From an uncultured Pelagibacteraceae bacterium (GTDB lineage: Bacteria > Pseudomonadota > Alphaproteobacteria > Pelagibacterales > Pelagibacteraceae), in NCBI GenBank assembly GCA_902624465.1, contig CACNXP010000001.1, positions 31,115 to 95,114 on the forward strand: 64,000 nucleotides of DNA, read 5' to 3'. The number at the start of each line of letters is the position of its first letter. The first letter of the stretch is position 1. The notes under the pieces were generated by a model, which was given only the letters and a program-made list of their open reading frames with translations, was not told the DNA's origin and did no database searches. This document shows positions 30,906-41,342 of this stretch, piece by piece. The translations under genes and the position numbers were made by a program.

Positions 30906-32018
30906 ATGAATTATTCGCACCCCAAAAGGAAAACCAAAGTTGTATTTGTTCAGCTTGGTTCACCTTCTGCGCCAACAGCAAAGGCTTTAAGAAAATATTT
31001 ACGCAAATTTTTAGGAGATCCAAGGGTAATAGATATTAATCCATGGATTTGGAAAATAATTTTAAATTTTTTTGTCCTACCTTTCCGACCACAAAAATCT
31101 GCTAAGTTATATGCTAGAATTTGGGATGGTAAGAGCTTTCCTTTAATTACTAACACTAGAGATTTTACTAAAAATGTAAGTGAAGAACTTAAGAAGATTG
31201 ATCCAGAGGGATACGTAGAAGTAAACCATGCTTTTCTATTATCACCACCATATGTAAATGAGGTCTATGATAGTTGGGAGGAGGATTTGAAGAAAGGCGT
31301 CGGCGCTACAAAATTACTTGTCATACCTATGTTCCCACAATACTCCGAAAGTACAATTGCTTCAGGAATAGATGCCTTAGCTAAAGAATTGTCCAAAAGA
31401 GTAAAGATCCCTACTTTTGAAGTAATTACAAATTTTCATAGAACCCATGCCTTTATTGATAATTCTGTTAGTCAGGTTGATACAAAATTAAGTGAATTAA
31501 TTAGCCAAGGTAAAAAAATTGATAGCTTGATAATTACTTTTCATGGGATGCAAAAAAGAAGGATTGTGAATAAGGGTGATGATTATTATAGACACTGCTA
31601 TGAAACATTCTGTCTAATTACCAAAAATTTAAAAAATATAAAGCCTGATCAATGCATGATGAGTTTTCAAAGTCGATTTGGCTCAGAGGAATGGATAACC
31701 CCTTACACTGAAGATATAGTTAAAAACTTAATATCGGAGGGAAAAAAAGAAATTGCAATTTATTCACCAAGTTTTGTTGCAGATTGCTTGGAAACTACAG
31801 ATGAACTAGGCCACGAATTGGTTAATGAAGCAAAAGAATTAGGTGGAAATATTTATCCCGTTGAATGTCTTAATACTAATAAGAATTGGTGTAAAGATTT
31901 CGCAAAATATACTTTTACTCAAGCAGAGGGATCAGCTCAAGATAAAGAGGATATAGAATATAAGCTTGAGAAAAAATATTATGAAAAAATGCCCCAACAA
32001 ATAATGAACAAATCTTAG
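30906..32018 (+). CDS. hemH: Ferrochelatase
   Basis: QLGSP, PQYSEST, TFHG, FQSRFG and FVADCLETTDEL motifs. Confidence 0.94.
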   Translation: MNYSHPKRKTKVVFVQLGSPSAPTAKALRKYLRKFLGDPRVIDINPWIWKIILNFFVLPFRPQKSAKLYARIWDGKSFPLITNTRDFTKNVSEELKKIDPEGYVEVNHAFLLSPPYVNEVYDSWEEDLKKGVGATKLLVIPMFPQYSESTIASGIDALAKELSKRVKIPTFEVITNFHRTHAFIDNSVSQVDTKLSELISQGKKIDSLIITFHGMQKRRIVNKGDDYYRHCYETFCLITKNLKNIKPDQCMMSFQSRFGSEEWITPYTEDIVKNLISEGKKEIAIYSPSFVADCLETTDELGHELVNEAKELGGNIYPVECLNTNKNWCKDFAKYTFTQAEGSAQDKEDIEYKLEKKYYEKMPQQIMNKS

Positions 32019-32028
32019 TGCAATACTA

Positions 32029-32556
32029 ATGCCAGAAACTTTAATTATTTATTCAAGCACCGATGGTCATACCAAAAATATTTGTGAAAGGTTAGCTAAT
32101 TTTTTTGGTAATACTAATGCTACTAAAACTATATCCTTATTTGAAGCAACTAAATTTGATTTATCTAAATTTAACCAAATTGTTATAGGGGCAAGTATAC
32201 GATATGGAAAATATTCAAAAAACCTTTATAAATTTATAAACTTGAATAAAGATATTTTGGAACAAAAAAATAGCGTTTTTTTTTCAGTAAATGTAGTAGC
32301 AAGAAAACCTGAAAAAAACACACCAGAAACCAATCCTTATGTAAAAAAATTTCTTAAAGTTTCTAAATGGAAACCAAAGAAAATTGGTGTATTTGCAGGT
32401 AAAGTAGATTATCCAAATTATGGTCTTTTTGATAAATATGCTATTAAACTTATTATGTTTTTAACCAATGGCCCAACAGACACCTCGCAATCATATGAAT
32501 TTACCGATTGGTCAAAAGTAGATAATTTTGCAAGAGAATTATATTTAAACTCTTAG
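32029..32556 (+). CDS. hemG: Flavodoxin-type protoporphyrinogen IX dehydrogenase HemG
   Basis: YSSTDGHT, IGASIRYG, FFSVNVVARKPEKNTPETNPY and EFTDW closely match E. coli HemG as I recall it. Confidence 0.9.
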   Translation: MPETLIIYSSTDGHTKNICERLANFFGNTNATKTISLFEATKFDLSKFNQIVIGASIRYGKYSKNLYKFINLNKDILEQKNSVFFSVNVVARKPEKNTPETNPYVKKFLKVSKWKPKKIGVFAGKVDYPNYGLFDKYAIKLIMFLTNGPTDTSQSYEFTDWSKVDNFARELYLNS

Positions 32557-32671
32557 AAAATGACTTAAAACTATGAATTTTTCAGGTTTTTTATTAAATC
32601 AAGTAAAACTCTTGTAAAAGTTGCAATAGTATATATATTACTAATATTATTAAATCCTTAATAATTTATTC

Positions 32672-33940
32672 ATGAACATCCAAGAATTAAAACTTAAATC
32701 ATCTGAACAACTTATTACACAAGCTGAAGAGCTTGGTATAGAAAATGCGAGTACCTTAAGAAAACAAGAAATACTCTTTGCCATCTTAAAAAAGGTTGCA
32801 GAAAAAGAGGAAATAACTGGAGCTGGTGTACTTCAATTACTTCAAGATGGTTTTGGTTTTTTGAGAGCGATGGAGTCGAATTATTTACCTGGTCCGGACG
32901 ATATTTATGTAAGTCCAAGTCAGATTAGAAAATTTGGCTTAAGAACAGGCGATACAGTTGAGGGACCAGTTAGAGCCCCAAAAGAAGGAGAAAGATATTT
33001 TGCATTATTACAAGTAAGTAAAATTAATTTTGAAGAACCTGATAAATCTAGACATAAAATTGCTTTTGATAACCTAACACCTCTATATCCAGACAAACAA
33101 CTTGTTATGGAAGTAGAGCAAGTAAAGCCAGATAAAAAACAAGACTTAACACCAAGACTCATTGATCTTGTAAGTCCTATTGGGAAAGGTCAGAGATCAA
33201 TTATTATCTCACCTCCAAAAGCTGGTAAAACCATGATTCTGCAGAGTATAGCAAATTCAATAGCGAAAAATTATCCCGAATGTTATTTAATAGTTTTATT
33301 AATTGATGAAAGACCAGAGGAAGTTACTGATATGCAGAGGACTGTAAAAGGTGAGGTAATAAGTTCTACATTTGATGAGCCTGCTCAACGACATGTTGCT
33401 GTTGCTGAAATGGTTATAGAAAAAGCAAAAAGATTAACAGAACACAAGAAAGATGTTGTTATACTTCTTGACTCAATCACAAGACTTGGAAGAGCCTATA
33501 ACGCTGTAATACCAAGTTCTGGAAAGGTTTTGACAGGTGGTGTTGATGCAAATGCCCTGCAAAGACCAAAAAGATTTTTTGGTGCAGCAAGAAATATTGA
33601 GGAAGGTGGATCACTAACAATCATCTCTACTGCATTAATAGATACTGGAAGCAGAATGGATGAGGTGATTTTTGAGGAATTTAAAGGAACTGGTAATAGT
33701 GAAACAGTTCTTGATAGAAAAATAGCTGACAAAAGGATTTACCCAGCTATTGATATTACAAAATCAGGTACCAGAAGAGAGGAATTGTTGTTCGATAAAA
33801 ATGACCTTCAAAAAATGAATGTATTAAGAAGAATAATTGCTCCAATGGGTACTATGGATGCAATTGAATTTATTAATTCAAAATTAAAAGATACTAAAAA
33901 TAATGCTGAGTTTTTTAATTCAATGAATAAGCCAGCCTAG
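32672..33940 (+). CDS. rho: Transcription termination factor Rho
   Basis: [33 protein letters not shown] and FEEFKGTGN motifs. Confidence 0.98.
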   Translation: MNIQELKLKSSEQLITQAEELGIENASTLRKQEILFAILKKVAEKEEITGAGVLQLLQDGFGFLRAMESNYLPGPDDIYVSPSQIRKFGLRTGDTVEGPVRAPKEGERYFALLQVSKINFEEPDKSRHKIAFDNLTPLYPDKQLVMEVEQVKPDKKQDLTPRLIDLVSPIGKGQRSIIISPPKAGKTMILQSIANSIAKNYPECYLIVLLIDERPEEVTDMQRTVKGEVISSTFDEPAQRHVAVAEMVIEKAKRLTEHKKDVVILLDSITRLGRAYNAVIPSSGKVLTGGVDANALQRPKRFFGAARNIEEGGSLTIISTALIDTGSRMDEVIFEEFKGTGNSETVLDRKIADKRIYPAIDITKSGTRREELLFDKNDLQKMNVLRRIIAPMGTMDAIEFINSKLKDTKNNAEFFNSMNKPA

Positions 33941-33949
33941 ATACATGTA

Positions 33950-35650
33950 ATGGTATCAGCGAAAGATTTAGAATTAGAACTTCAAGATTTATTTAAAAAA
34001 AAAAAATACTCTGAAATAATTTCTCAAATAACCACTAATACTAAAGAAGAGGAGAGAACTGCAGGATTATTTGTTTTATTGGGTATAAGCAGGATCTCCC
34101 TAAATAAAAAAAAAAAAGATCAAGTACAATTAGCAGTAAATGATTTTAAGAAAGGATACCTTAAAGAAAAAACCAGTGAAAATGGTTTTAATGCTTTGAC
34201 TAATTTAGTTGTTGCAAGTTCAATTTTGAGCGATTTTGAGGAAATCGATGAAGATTTTGAGGAAGTCGATGTAGATTTTGAGGAAATAGTAAATTTTTAT
34301 AAAGCATTACCTGAGCCTTTTAAGGATCGAAGACAAATTAACATTGCAATGACAATGATGTATTCGAGACTTAGTGACTATAAGGAAATGGTATTTCATT
34401 TTGAGAAAATAATAAAATCTAAAGAATTCGTTGTTCAAGATTTATGTAATTACGGATACTGGAGATGTTTTGATAGCAGCTGGAGACAATCAGACTTTTT
34501 TAAATATGGTAAGTTTGTGGATGAAAATCTGAGAACATATCCTCAGGAAAAAGTAGTTAAATTATCTTATAAAAAAAATATAAAAATAAAAATAGGTTTC
34601 TTGTCATCTGATATAAAAAATGCTCATTCGGTGACTTACTTCTTGAAAACTGTATTAAAAAATTATAATCAAGATAAATTTGAAATAATCTTATTTATCA
34701 ATCAAATTAAGGAAGATAGTACATCTGAAGAAATAGCTAGTTTGGTATCCAAAACAATTAACGTTGGAAAACTCAACGATCTTGAAGCTTTTAACATCAT
34801 AAGACAACATAACCTTGACATTATGATTGATATAATGGGTTACACATCACGAAATAGAATAGAGTTTTATAAAAATAGAATTGCGAAAAAACAAGTAATA
34901 TGGATGGGTTATTGTAATACATCTGGATTAAAAAATATGGATTATATTATTACCGATCCCAATCTTGTTCTCAAAAACGAGGAAAAATATTATATTGAAA
35001 AAATTTTATACTTACCAGAAATATGGAATTGCCATTGTGGATTTGATTTTGAGAGAAAAGAAAATCTTCCACCTTTTATAAAGAATAATTATATAACCTT
35101 TGGTTCATTTAATAATCCTGCTAAGATAAATGAAAATGTGATTAATTGTTGGTCAAACATTTTAAAAAAAAATAAAGGTTCTAAATTAATCTTAAAATGT
35201 GCAAATAAAATAAGAAAATTGTATAGAATTCAAGAAGCGTTCAAAAAAAGTGGTGTAATAGACTCAGTAATTTTCCATCGAAAAATTGACAATTTGGAGG
35301 ACCATTTAAATTTGTACAAAAAAATTGATATAGCACTCGACACATTTCCATATAACGGTGTTACCACATCCTTTGAAGCTATATGGATGGGCGTACCTGT
35401 TTTGACAATGGCGGGATATAATTTTAATTCTAGATGTGGAGAGTCCATAAATAAAAATTTAAATATGGAATATTTAATTGCTCAAGATGAAAAAGAATAT
35501 GTCGCTAAAGCTGTGAGTTTATCTAATGATAGAGATAAATTTTTAAAAATAAGAAAATCTCTATTTCAAAATGCAATTAAAAGTCCGTTGTTTGATGGAA
35601 AAAAATTTTCAGAAAATTTCTTTAGTTCACTTAGGGAAATAATTAAATAA
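33950..35650 (+). CDS. GT41 (OGT/SPINDLY-like) glycosyltransferase, paralog 1
   Basis: IGFLSSD..HSV, DIMGYT, WMGYCNTSG, FGSFNNPAK and DTFPYNGVTTSFEAIWMGVP motifs; helical TPR-like N-terminus. Confidence 0.88.
   Translation: MVSAKDLELELQDLFKKKKYSEIISQITTNTKEEERTAGLFVLLGISRISLNKKKKDQVQLAVNDFKKGYLKEKTSENGFNALTNLVVASSILSDFEEIDEDFEEVDVDFEEIVNFYKALPEPFKDRRQINIAMTMMYSRLSDYKEMVFHFEKIIKSKEFVVQDLCNYGYWRCFDSSWRQSDFFKYGKFVDENLRTYPQEKVVKLSYKKNIKIKIGFLSSDIKNAHSVTYFLKTVLKNYNQDKFEIILFINQIKEDSTSEEIASLVSKTINVGKLNDLEAFNIIRQHNLDIMIDIMGYTSRNRIEFYKNRIAKKQVIWMGYCNTSGLKNMDYIITDPNLVLKNEEKYYIEKILYLPEIWNCHCGFDFERKENLPPFIKNNYITFGSFNNPAKINENVINCWSNILKKNKGSKLILKCANKIRKLYRIQEAFKKSGVIDSVIFHRKIDNLEDHLNLYKKIDIALDTFPYNGVTTSFEAIWMGVPVLTMAGYNFNSRCGESINKNLNMEYLIAQDEKEYVAKAVSLSNDRDKFLKIRKSLFQNAIKSPLFDGKKFSENFFSSLREIIK
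34232..34289 (+). repeat. In-frame 21-bp tandem repeat (about 2.7 copies)
   Basis: GATTTTGAGGAAATCGATGAA / GATTTTGAGGAAGTCGATGTA / GATTTTGAGGAAATAG, encoding DFEEIDE-DFEEVDV-DFEEI. Confidence 0.9.
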
Positions 35651-35727
35651 TAAACTTTTATTAAATATCCAATTGATTATATAATACCCATGTTTAATTT
35701 GATGAAGATTTTTGTCTAAATTTACCT

Positions 35728-37410
35728 ATGGAATCTATTCAACAATTAGAGATAAAAGCTACAGAATTATTTAAAAGTAGACAATATTCTAAGGTGGTAT
35801 TTGAAATTACTTCATCGACTATAGAAGAGGAACGATCAGCTTTTTTGTGTAATTTGTTGGGTTTAAGCAAGAATGTAAACAATAATAAAAATAAAGAAAC
35901 TCTTAATTCAGCAATTAAAGATTTTAAATTTGGATATTTAAAAGAAAAAAATACTATTCATGCCATAGATGCTCTTGCAAATTTTATAACACATAGTGTT
36001 TTTTTAATTGATTTAGATAAAGATTATGAGTTTGATTTTACTGAGATTCTTGAATTTTATAAGACATCAGAAAAATATTGTATAAATCATAAACCGGTCA
36101 ATCTGGCAATGGCTATGGTTTATCGAAGATTAAATGATGCAAAAAAATTAATCTTTCATTTTAGTAGAGTTATTGAAACTAAAAAATTTAATGTTATTGA
36201 TTTATGTAATTATGGTTATTGGCAATGTTTCGATAAAGAGTGGAGTCAGTCTGATTTTTATAATTATGGTAGATTTGTAGATGAAAACTTAGACATAATT
36301 CCACAAAATCAATTAATAGAAATTTCACAAACATCCGGTTCAAAAATTAGGTTAGGTTTTTTGTCTTCAGATATAATTCAAGGTCATTCCATTACTTATT
36401 TTTTAAAAACAATTCTTTCAAATTATGATAAAGACAAATTTGAAATTATTTTGCTATTAAGTAATCCAAAAGAAGACCAGTTAACAGAAAATTTTAAGCA
36501 TTTAGTTGACAAAACAATCAATATATCAAAACTGAACAATACAGACGCAGTCAATCAAGCTAGAAAATTGAAATTAGATATTATCATTGATTTAATGGGC
36601 TACACCTCAACACAACGTTTAGAATTGTTTAAAAACAGGATGGCTAAAAATCAAATTATATGGATGGGATACTGTAATACCACCGGATTAAAAAATATGG
36701 ATTTTATAATTTCAGATCCTAATTTAATTCATTCAGGTGAGGAAAAATATTATAGCGAAAAAGTAATATACTTGCCTAAAATCTGGAACTCACATTGTGG
36801 TTATGATTTTGAAAGAGAAGAAAACCCTCCCCCATTTATTAAAAATAAATATTTTACTTTTGGTTCATTTAATAATTTCGATAAAATAAACCCAAGTGTT
36901 GTCTCTACCTGGTCAAAAATTTTGAAAAAAATAAATAACTCACAACTAGTTTTAAAAACATCATCAAAAAGACTTGCAACAAAAAGACTTAAAGAGTTAT
37001 TTCAAAAAGAAGGTGTGCTGGAATCAGTAAAATTTATAGATCGAGCGGAAAAACTTAAAGATCATTTGGATAATTATAATCTTATAGATATCGCCCTTGA
37101 TACATTCCCTTATAATGGTGTTACAACTTCATTTGAAGCCATCTGGATGGGTGTTCCTGTTATAACAATGACCGGGTATAATTTTAATTCGAGATGTGGG
37201 GAGTCTATAAATAAAAATCTAAATATGGAGAGATTAATTGCCAAAGACGAAGATGATTATGTTCAAAAGGTTGTTAATTTAATAAATAATACTGATGATT
37301 ATATCAGTATAAGAAATTCCATATTTTTGGACGCAATAAAAAGTCCGTTATTTGATACAAAAGATTATTCAAAGAGTTTTTTTGAGGTGCTAGAAGGGAT
37401 TGTTAAGTAG
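35728..37410 (+). CDS. GT41 (OGT/SPINDLY-like) glycosyltransferase, paralog 2
   Basis: LGFLSSD..HSI, WMGYCNTTG, FGSFNNFDK and DTFPYNGVTTSFEAIWMGVP motifs; full-length homology to paralog 1. Confidence 0.88.
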   Translation: MESIQQLEIKATELFKSRQYSKVVFEITSSTIEEERSAFLCNLLGLSKNVNNNKNKETLNSAIKDFKFGYLKEKNTIHAIDALANFITHSVFLIDLDKDYEFDFTEILEFYKTSEKYCINHKPVNLAMAMVYRRLNDAKKLIFHFSRVIETKKFNVIDLCNYGYWQCFDKEWSQSDFYNYGRFVDENLDIIPQNQLIEISQTSGSKIRLGFLSSDIIQGHSITYFLKTILSNYDKDKFEIILLLSNPKEDQLTENFKHLVDKTINISKLNNTDAVNQARKLKLDIIIDLMGYTSTQRLELFKNRMAKNQIIWMGYCNTTGLKNMDFIISDPNLIHSGEEKYYSEKVIYLPKIWNSHCGYDFEREENPPPFIKNKYFTFGSFNNFDKINPSVVSTWSKILKKINNSQLVLKTSSKRLATKRLKELFQKEGVLESVKFIDRAEKLKDHLDNYNLIDIALDTFPYNGVTTSFEAIWMGVPVITMTGYNFNSRCGESINKNLNMERLIAKDEDDYVQKVVNLINNTDDYISIRNSIFLDAIKSPLFDTKDYSKSFFEVLEGIVK

Positions 37411-37455
37411 AAATATTTAATTTCAATATTTAGATTAAGTAATTATAATTTAAAT

Positions 37456-38787
37456 ATGACAATCTATGCTTTATCATCAGGTCCAGGCATATCTGGAGTT
37501 GCTATCATTAGAATTTCAGGGTCAGATGCATCTAAAGCAATAACTTTGCTCACAGGAAAATCCGTCCCTTTACCTAGAGTCGCTTCTCTTCGGAAAATAA
37601 ATAATATCAACACTTCTGAACTTATTGATGAAGGCATAATTATATGGTTTCCTGGGCCTGAGAGCTATACAGGTGAAGACATGGTTGAAATTCATGTTCA
37701 CGGAGGCAAAGCAATTATTTTAGCATTACAAAATGAATTGTCTAATATAGAAAATTTCAGATTAGCTGAACCAGGGGAATTTACCAAAATAGCTTTTCAA
37801 AATGGTAAGATTAATTTACTTAAAGCTGAAAGCATAGCTGATCTAATTTCAGCAGAAACTGAAATACAAAGATTGCAGGCTGTGAAAACTATGAAAGGAA
37901 AATCAGCTGAAAAATTTGATAATTTGAGAGAAAAGTTATTAAAAATTTTATCCTTTGTTGAAGCAAAAATAGATTTTCCAGAAGAGGATTTACCGGATGA
38001 AAATATTCAACTAATTAAAAAAAATTCTACTGAAGTTTTAAATCAAATTGAAAAAATTTTAGACGATCAAAAGGTAGGTGAAATAATACGTGAAGGTTTT
38101 AAAATTGCTATTGTCGGTCCAACAAATGCTGGTAAATCCTCACTATTAAATAATTTATCGAATAGAGATGTAGCGATAGTTTCTGAAATTGCAGGAACAA
38201 CAAGGGATGTAATAGAAACACATTTAAATATTGATGGCTATCCAGTTATTATCTCAGATACAGCAGGTATTAGAAATTCTAAAGATGAAATTGAGAAAAA
38301 AGGTATAAAATTATCTTTAGATAGGGCAGAAAATGCTGATTTAAAATTAGTGGTAGTAGATGCAAAAAGTATTGAATTAAAAGGTTTTTTGAATGATTTA
38401 TTAAAAGATAATGCAATTTTAGTCGTGAATAAGTCAGATCTTATTCAGGGTGAATTAGACACTGAAGTAACAAAATTAGATCATGTTATCGTTTCATTAA
38501 AGGAGAACCTAAATTTAGATAAATTAATTTCAAAAATCAAAGACAGATTAAAAACAAAATTTATTATAAATGAAGATATATTAATTACTAGAGAAAGACA
38601 TAGACAACACTTAGTTCAGTGTTCAGATAATTTAAGAAATTTTTTAGAAAAAAATGGTAAAAAAGATTTTGATAAAGCTGCTGAAGATTTGAGGTTAGCT
38701 ACTAGACATTTAGGTATGATTGTTGGAAAAGTCGACGTAGAGGAAGTATTAGGTAGTATTTTCAACGATTTTTGCATTGGAAAATAA
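37456..38787 (+). CDS. mnmE: tRNA modification GTPase MnmE
   Basis: SYTGED, GPTNAGKSS, GTTRD, DTAG and FCIGK motifs. Confidence 0.97.
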   Translation: MTIYALSSGPGISGVAIIRISGSDASKAITLLTGKSVPLPRVASLRKINNINTSELIDEGIIIWFPGPESYTGEDMVEIHVHGGKAIILALQNELSNIENFRLAEPGEFTKIAFQNGKINLLKAESIADLISAETEIQRLQAVKTMKGKSAEKFDNLREKLLKILSFVEAKIDFPEEDLPDENIQLIKKNSTEVLNQIEKILDDQKVGEIIREGFKIAIVGPTNAGKSSLLNNLSNRDVAIVSEIAGTTRDVIETHLNIDGYPVIISDTAGIRNSKDEIEKKGIKLSLDRAENADLKLVVVDAKSIELKGFLNDLLKDNAILVVNKSDLIQGELDTEVTKLDHVIVSLKENLNLDKLISKIKDRLKTKFIINEDILITRERHRQHLVQCSDNLRNFLEKNGKKDFDKAAEDLRLATRHLGMIVGKVDVEEVLGSIFNDFCIGK

Positions 38788-38826
38788 GAACCTTGTAAAA
38801 TTTTTTTTCAAATATAAATTCACACC

Positions 38827-40698
38827 ATGAAAAATGAATTTTCATTTGATGTTGTTGTAATTGGAGGTGGTCATGCTGGTTGTGAGGCGGCCGCTGCTTC
38901 AGCTCGTCTAGGTGTGAATACTGCTCTGTTTACTCATGATAAAAATACTATTGGTGAGATGTCGTGTAATCCCGCAATTGGTGGTTTGGGCAAAGGTCAT
39001 TTAGTGAGAGAGATAGATGCATTAGATGGCATTATGGGAGAGATTGCAGATAAATCAGGGATACAATTTAGGTTATTAAATAGAAGCAGAGGACCAGCCG
39101 TTAGAGGTCCAAGAACTCAATCTGATCGAAGCTTATATAAGCAATTTATGCAAAAAAAACTTGTAAACTATTGTAATTTAAGCATTTTTTCTGATCCAGT
39201 AGTAAAATTTATTTTCTCAAATAATGCTATAAACGGCTTTTTAACATTAAAAGGTAAAGAGATTAAGTGTAGTAAAATAATTTTAACAACTGGTACTTTT
39301 TTAAATGGATTGATTCATATTGGTGGTGAGCGCACCCCTGCAGGTAGATATAATGAGAAACCTAGCACTGGTTTAAGTGAACAATTAGAAAAATATAAAT
39401 TTAAAATAGGAAGATTAAAAACAGGTACTCCACCAAGACTTGATGCAAGGACAATAAATTTCAAAAATTTAGAAAAACAAGCAGCTGATGAAAATCCTTA
39501 CTTCTTCTCTTTTTTAACTAATTCTACTTCGAATAAACAAGTTTCGTGTTCTATGACTTATACAAATGAAAAGGTACATAAGATTATAGAAAAAAATTTA
39601 TCTAAGAGTGCAATGTACTCCGGCAGCATACAAGGAGTAGGTCCTAGATATTGTCCTTCAATAGAAGATAAAGTAGTTAAGTTTGCTGAAAAGACAAGAC
39701 ATCAAATATTTTTAGAGCCCGAAGGGCTTGACGACCATATAATTTACCCAAATGGTATATCAACTTCTCTACCTGAGGTAGTACAATCTGAAATACTCAA
39801 TAATATCAATGGTTTAGAAAGTGTTAAAATGATTAGACCAGGATATGCTATAGAATATGACTATATCGATCCTAGAGAGCTTTTTTTAACACTAGAAACT
39901 AAAAAAATTAAAAACTTATATTTAGCTGGTCAAATTAATGGAACTACAGGATATGAGGAAGCTGCAGCCCAGGGTCTTATTGCGGGTGTAAACGCAGCAT
40001 TATCATTTATTGGTAAAGAACCATTCATTCTTGATAGGTCAGATGCTTATATTGGAGTAATGATAGATGATTTAGTCACAAAGGGTGTTGCAGAGCCTTA
40101 TAGAATGTTTACATCAAGAGCTGAGTATAGATTAAGTCTAAGAGCAGATAACGCTGATTTAAGACTTACTAACAAAGGGATTAAAATCGGATTAATATCT
40201 GATGAAAGAAAATTCAAATTTGAGGATAAATTTGTGAAAATGAGTGAAATTTCATTTCAAATGTCTAGTTTGAGTATATCTCCGACAAAAGCTCAAAAAC
40301 ACGGCATAAAAATCGCGAAAGATGGTATTTTAAGGTCTGCAGAAGAAATTTTGGGCCAAAAGGATGCTAATATGACTAAAATACGTAAAATTTGGCCTGA
40401 AATTAAGAATTTTGGCTCTGAAATAGATGAACAGATAGAAATCAATTGTCACTACAGAGGTTATTTAAAGAAGCAAAATGCAGATATCCTAGCATTCAAA
40501 AGAGATGAGAATCTAATTATCCCTGATAATATTGATTATGATCAATTTTCTGGTTTATCGAACGAAGTAAAGTCTAAATTCAAGGAAATAAGACCAAAAA
40601 CTATGGGACAAGCTCTACGAATAGACGGAATTACTCCGGCAGCCGTATATATTTTGTTGTCACATGTAAAAAGAAAGTCTATTAAGCATATAGCTTAA
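38827..40698 (+). CDS. mnmG: tRNA uridine 5-carboxymethylaminomethyl modification enzyme MnmG (GidA)
   Basis: [30 protein letters not shown] and [16 protein letters not shown] motifs. Confidence 0.98.
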   Translation: MKNEFSFDVVVIGGGHAGCEAAAASARLGVNTALFTHDKNTIGEMSCNPAIGGLGKGHLVREIDALDGIMGEIADKSGIQFRLLNRSRGPAVRGPRTQSDRSLYKQFMQKKLVNYCNLSIFSDPVVKFIFSNNAINGFLTLKGKEIKCSKIILTTGTFLNGLIHIGGERTPAGRYNEKPSTGLSEQLEKYKFKIGRLKTGTPPRLDARTINFKNLEKQAADENPYFFSFLTNSTSNKQVSCSMTYTNEKVHKIIEKNLSKSAMYSGSIQGVGPRYCPSIEDKVVKFAEKTRHQIFLEPEGLDDHIIYPNGISTSLPEVVQSEILNNINGLESVKMIRPGYAIEYDYIDPRELFLTLETKKIKNLYLAGQINGTTGYEEAAAQGLIAGVNAALSFIGKEPFILDRSDAYIGVMIDDLVTKGVAEPYRMFTSRAEYRLSLRADNADLRLTNKGIKIGLISDERKFKFEDKFVKMSEISFQMSSLSISPTKAQKHGIKIAKDGILRSAEEILGQKDANMTKIRKIWPEIKNFGSEIDEQIEINCHYRGYLKKQNADILAFKRDENLIIPDNIDYDQFSGLSNEVKSKFKEIRPKTMGQALRIDGITPAAVYILLSHVKRKSIKHIA

Positions 40699-41342
40699 TG
40701 GATTCGATAATTTCTAAAAATTACTCTAAAATTACAAAATTTAAAGTTTCACGTGAAACTTGTAATGAGCTTGAGAGCCTTATAAGCATGATTCAAAAAA
40801 AAAATAAGGAAATTAACATAATTAGTAGAAAAAACTCTGATCAAGGGGTTATAAGGCAAAGACATATTATTGATTCAGCGCAAATAGTTGATTTTATTGA
40901 TTTAAAAGTAAATACAACCTCAGATTTAGGTTCTGGGGGTGGTATTCCTGGACTAATCATAGCAATCTTAATGAAGAAATTAAAAAAAAGCATGAAAATA
41001 AAACTTTATGAAAAAAGTCATCATAAATGTGTTTTTTTAAAAGATGTCTCTGAAAAATTGGAACTAAACACAGAAATAATACAAAAAGATATTTTTAAAC
41101 TTAGAGATATTGAAACTGGAACGATTATGTCCAGAGCTTTTAAACCAATGCCAATAATTCTTGATTTAGTTCAAAAAAATTTTCGGAAATATAAAAATAT
41201 TATTTTATTCATGGGCAAAAGTGGGAGAAAAATTTTAAATGAAACTCTTAAAATTTGGGATTTAGACTATGAGGAAAAAAAAAGTTTAACAAACAAAGAT
41301 TCATTTTTGTTAAATATAAAAAATATGGAAAAAAAAATTTGA
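40698..41342 (+). CDS. rsmG: 16S rRNA m7G527 methyltransferase RsmG (GidB)
   Basis: RHIIDS, DLGSGGGIPG and SRAF motifs; synteny. Confidence 0.92.
   Translation: MDSIISKNYSKITKFKVSRETCNELESLISMIQKKNKEINIISRKNSDQGVIRQRHIIDSAQIVDFIDLKVNTTSDLGSGGGIPGLIIAILMKKLKKSMKIKLYEKSHHKCVFLKDVSEKLELNTEIIQKDIFKLRDIETGTIMSRAFKPMPIILDLVQKNFRKYKNIILFMGKSGRKILNETLKIWDLDYEEKKSLTNKDSFLLNIKNMEKKI
40745..40760. promoter_or_regulatory. parS centromere-like site
   Basis: Perfect 16-bp palindrome AGTTTCACGTGAAACT matching the GTTTCACGTGAAAC parS core, about 600 bp upstream of parA. Confidence 0.93.

Noticed and set aside
34232-34289. Repeated 21-mers as a possible mini-CRISPR
   Set aside because: Head-to-tail in-frame coding repeat with no spacers and no cas genes
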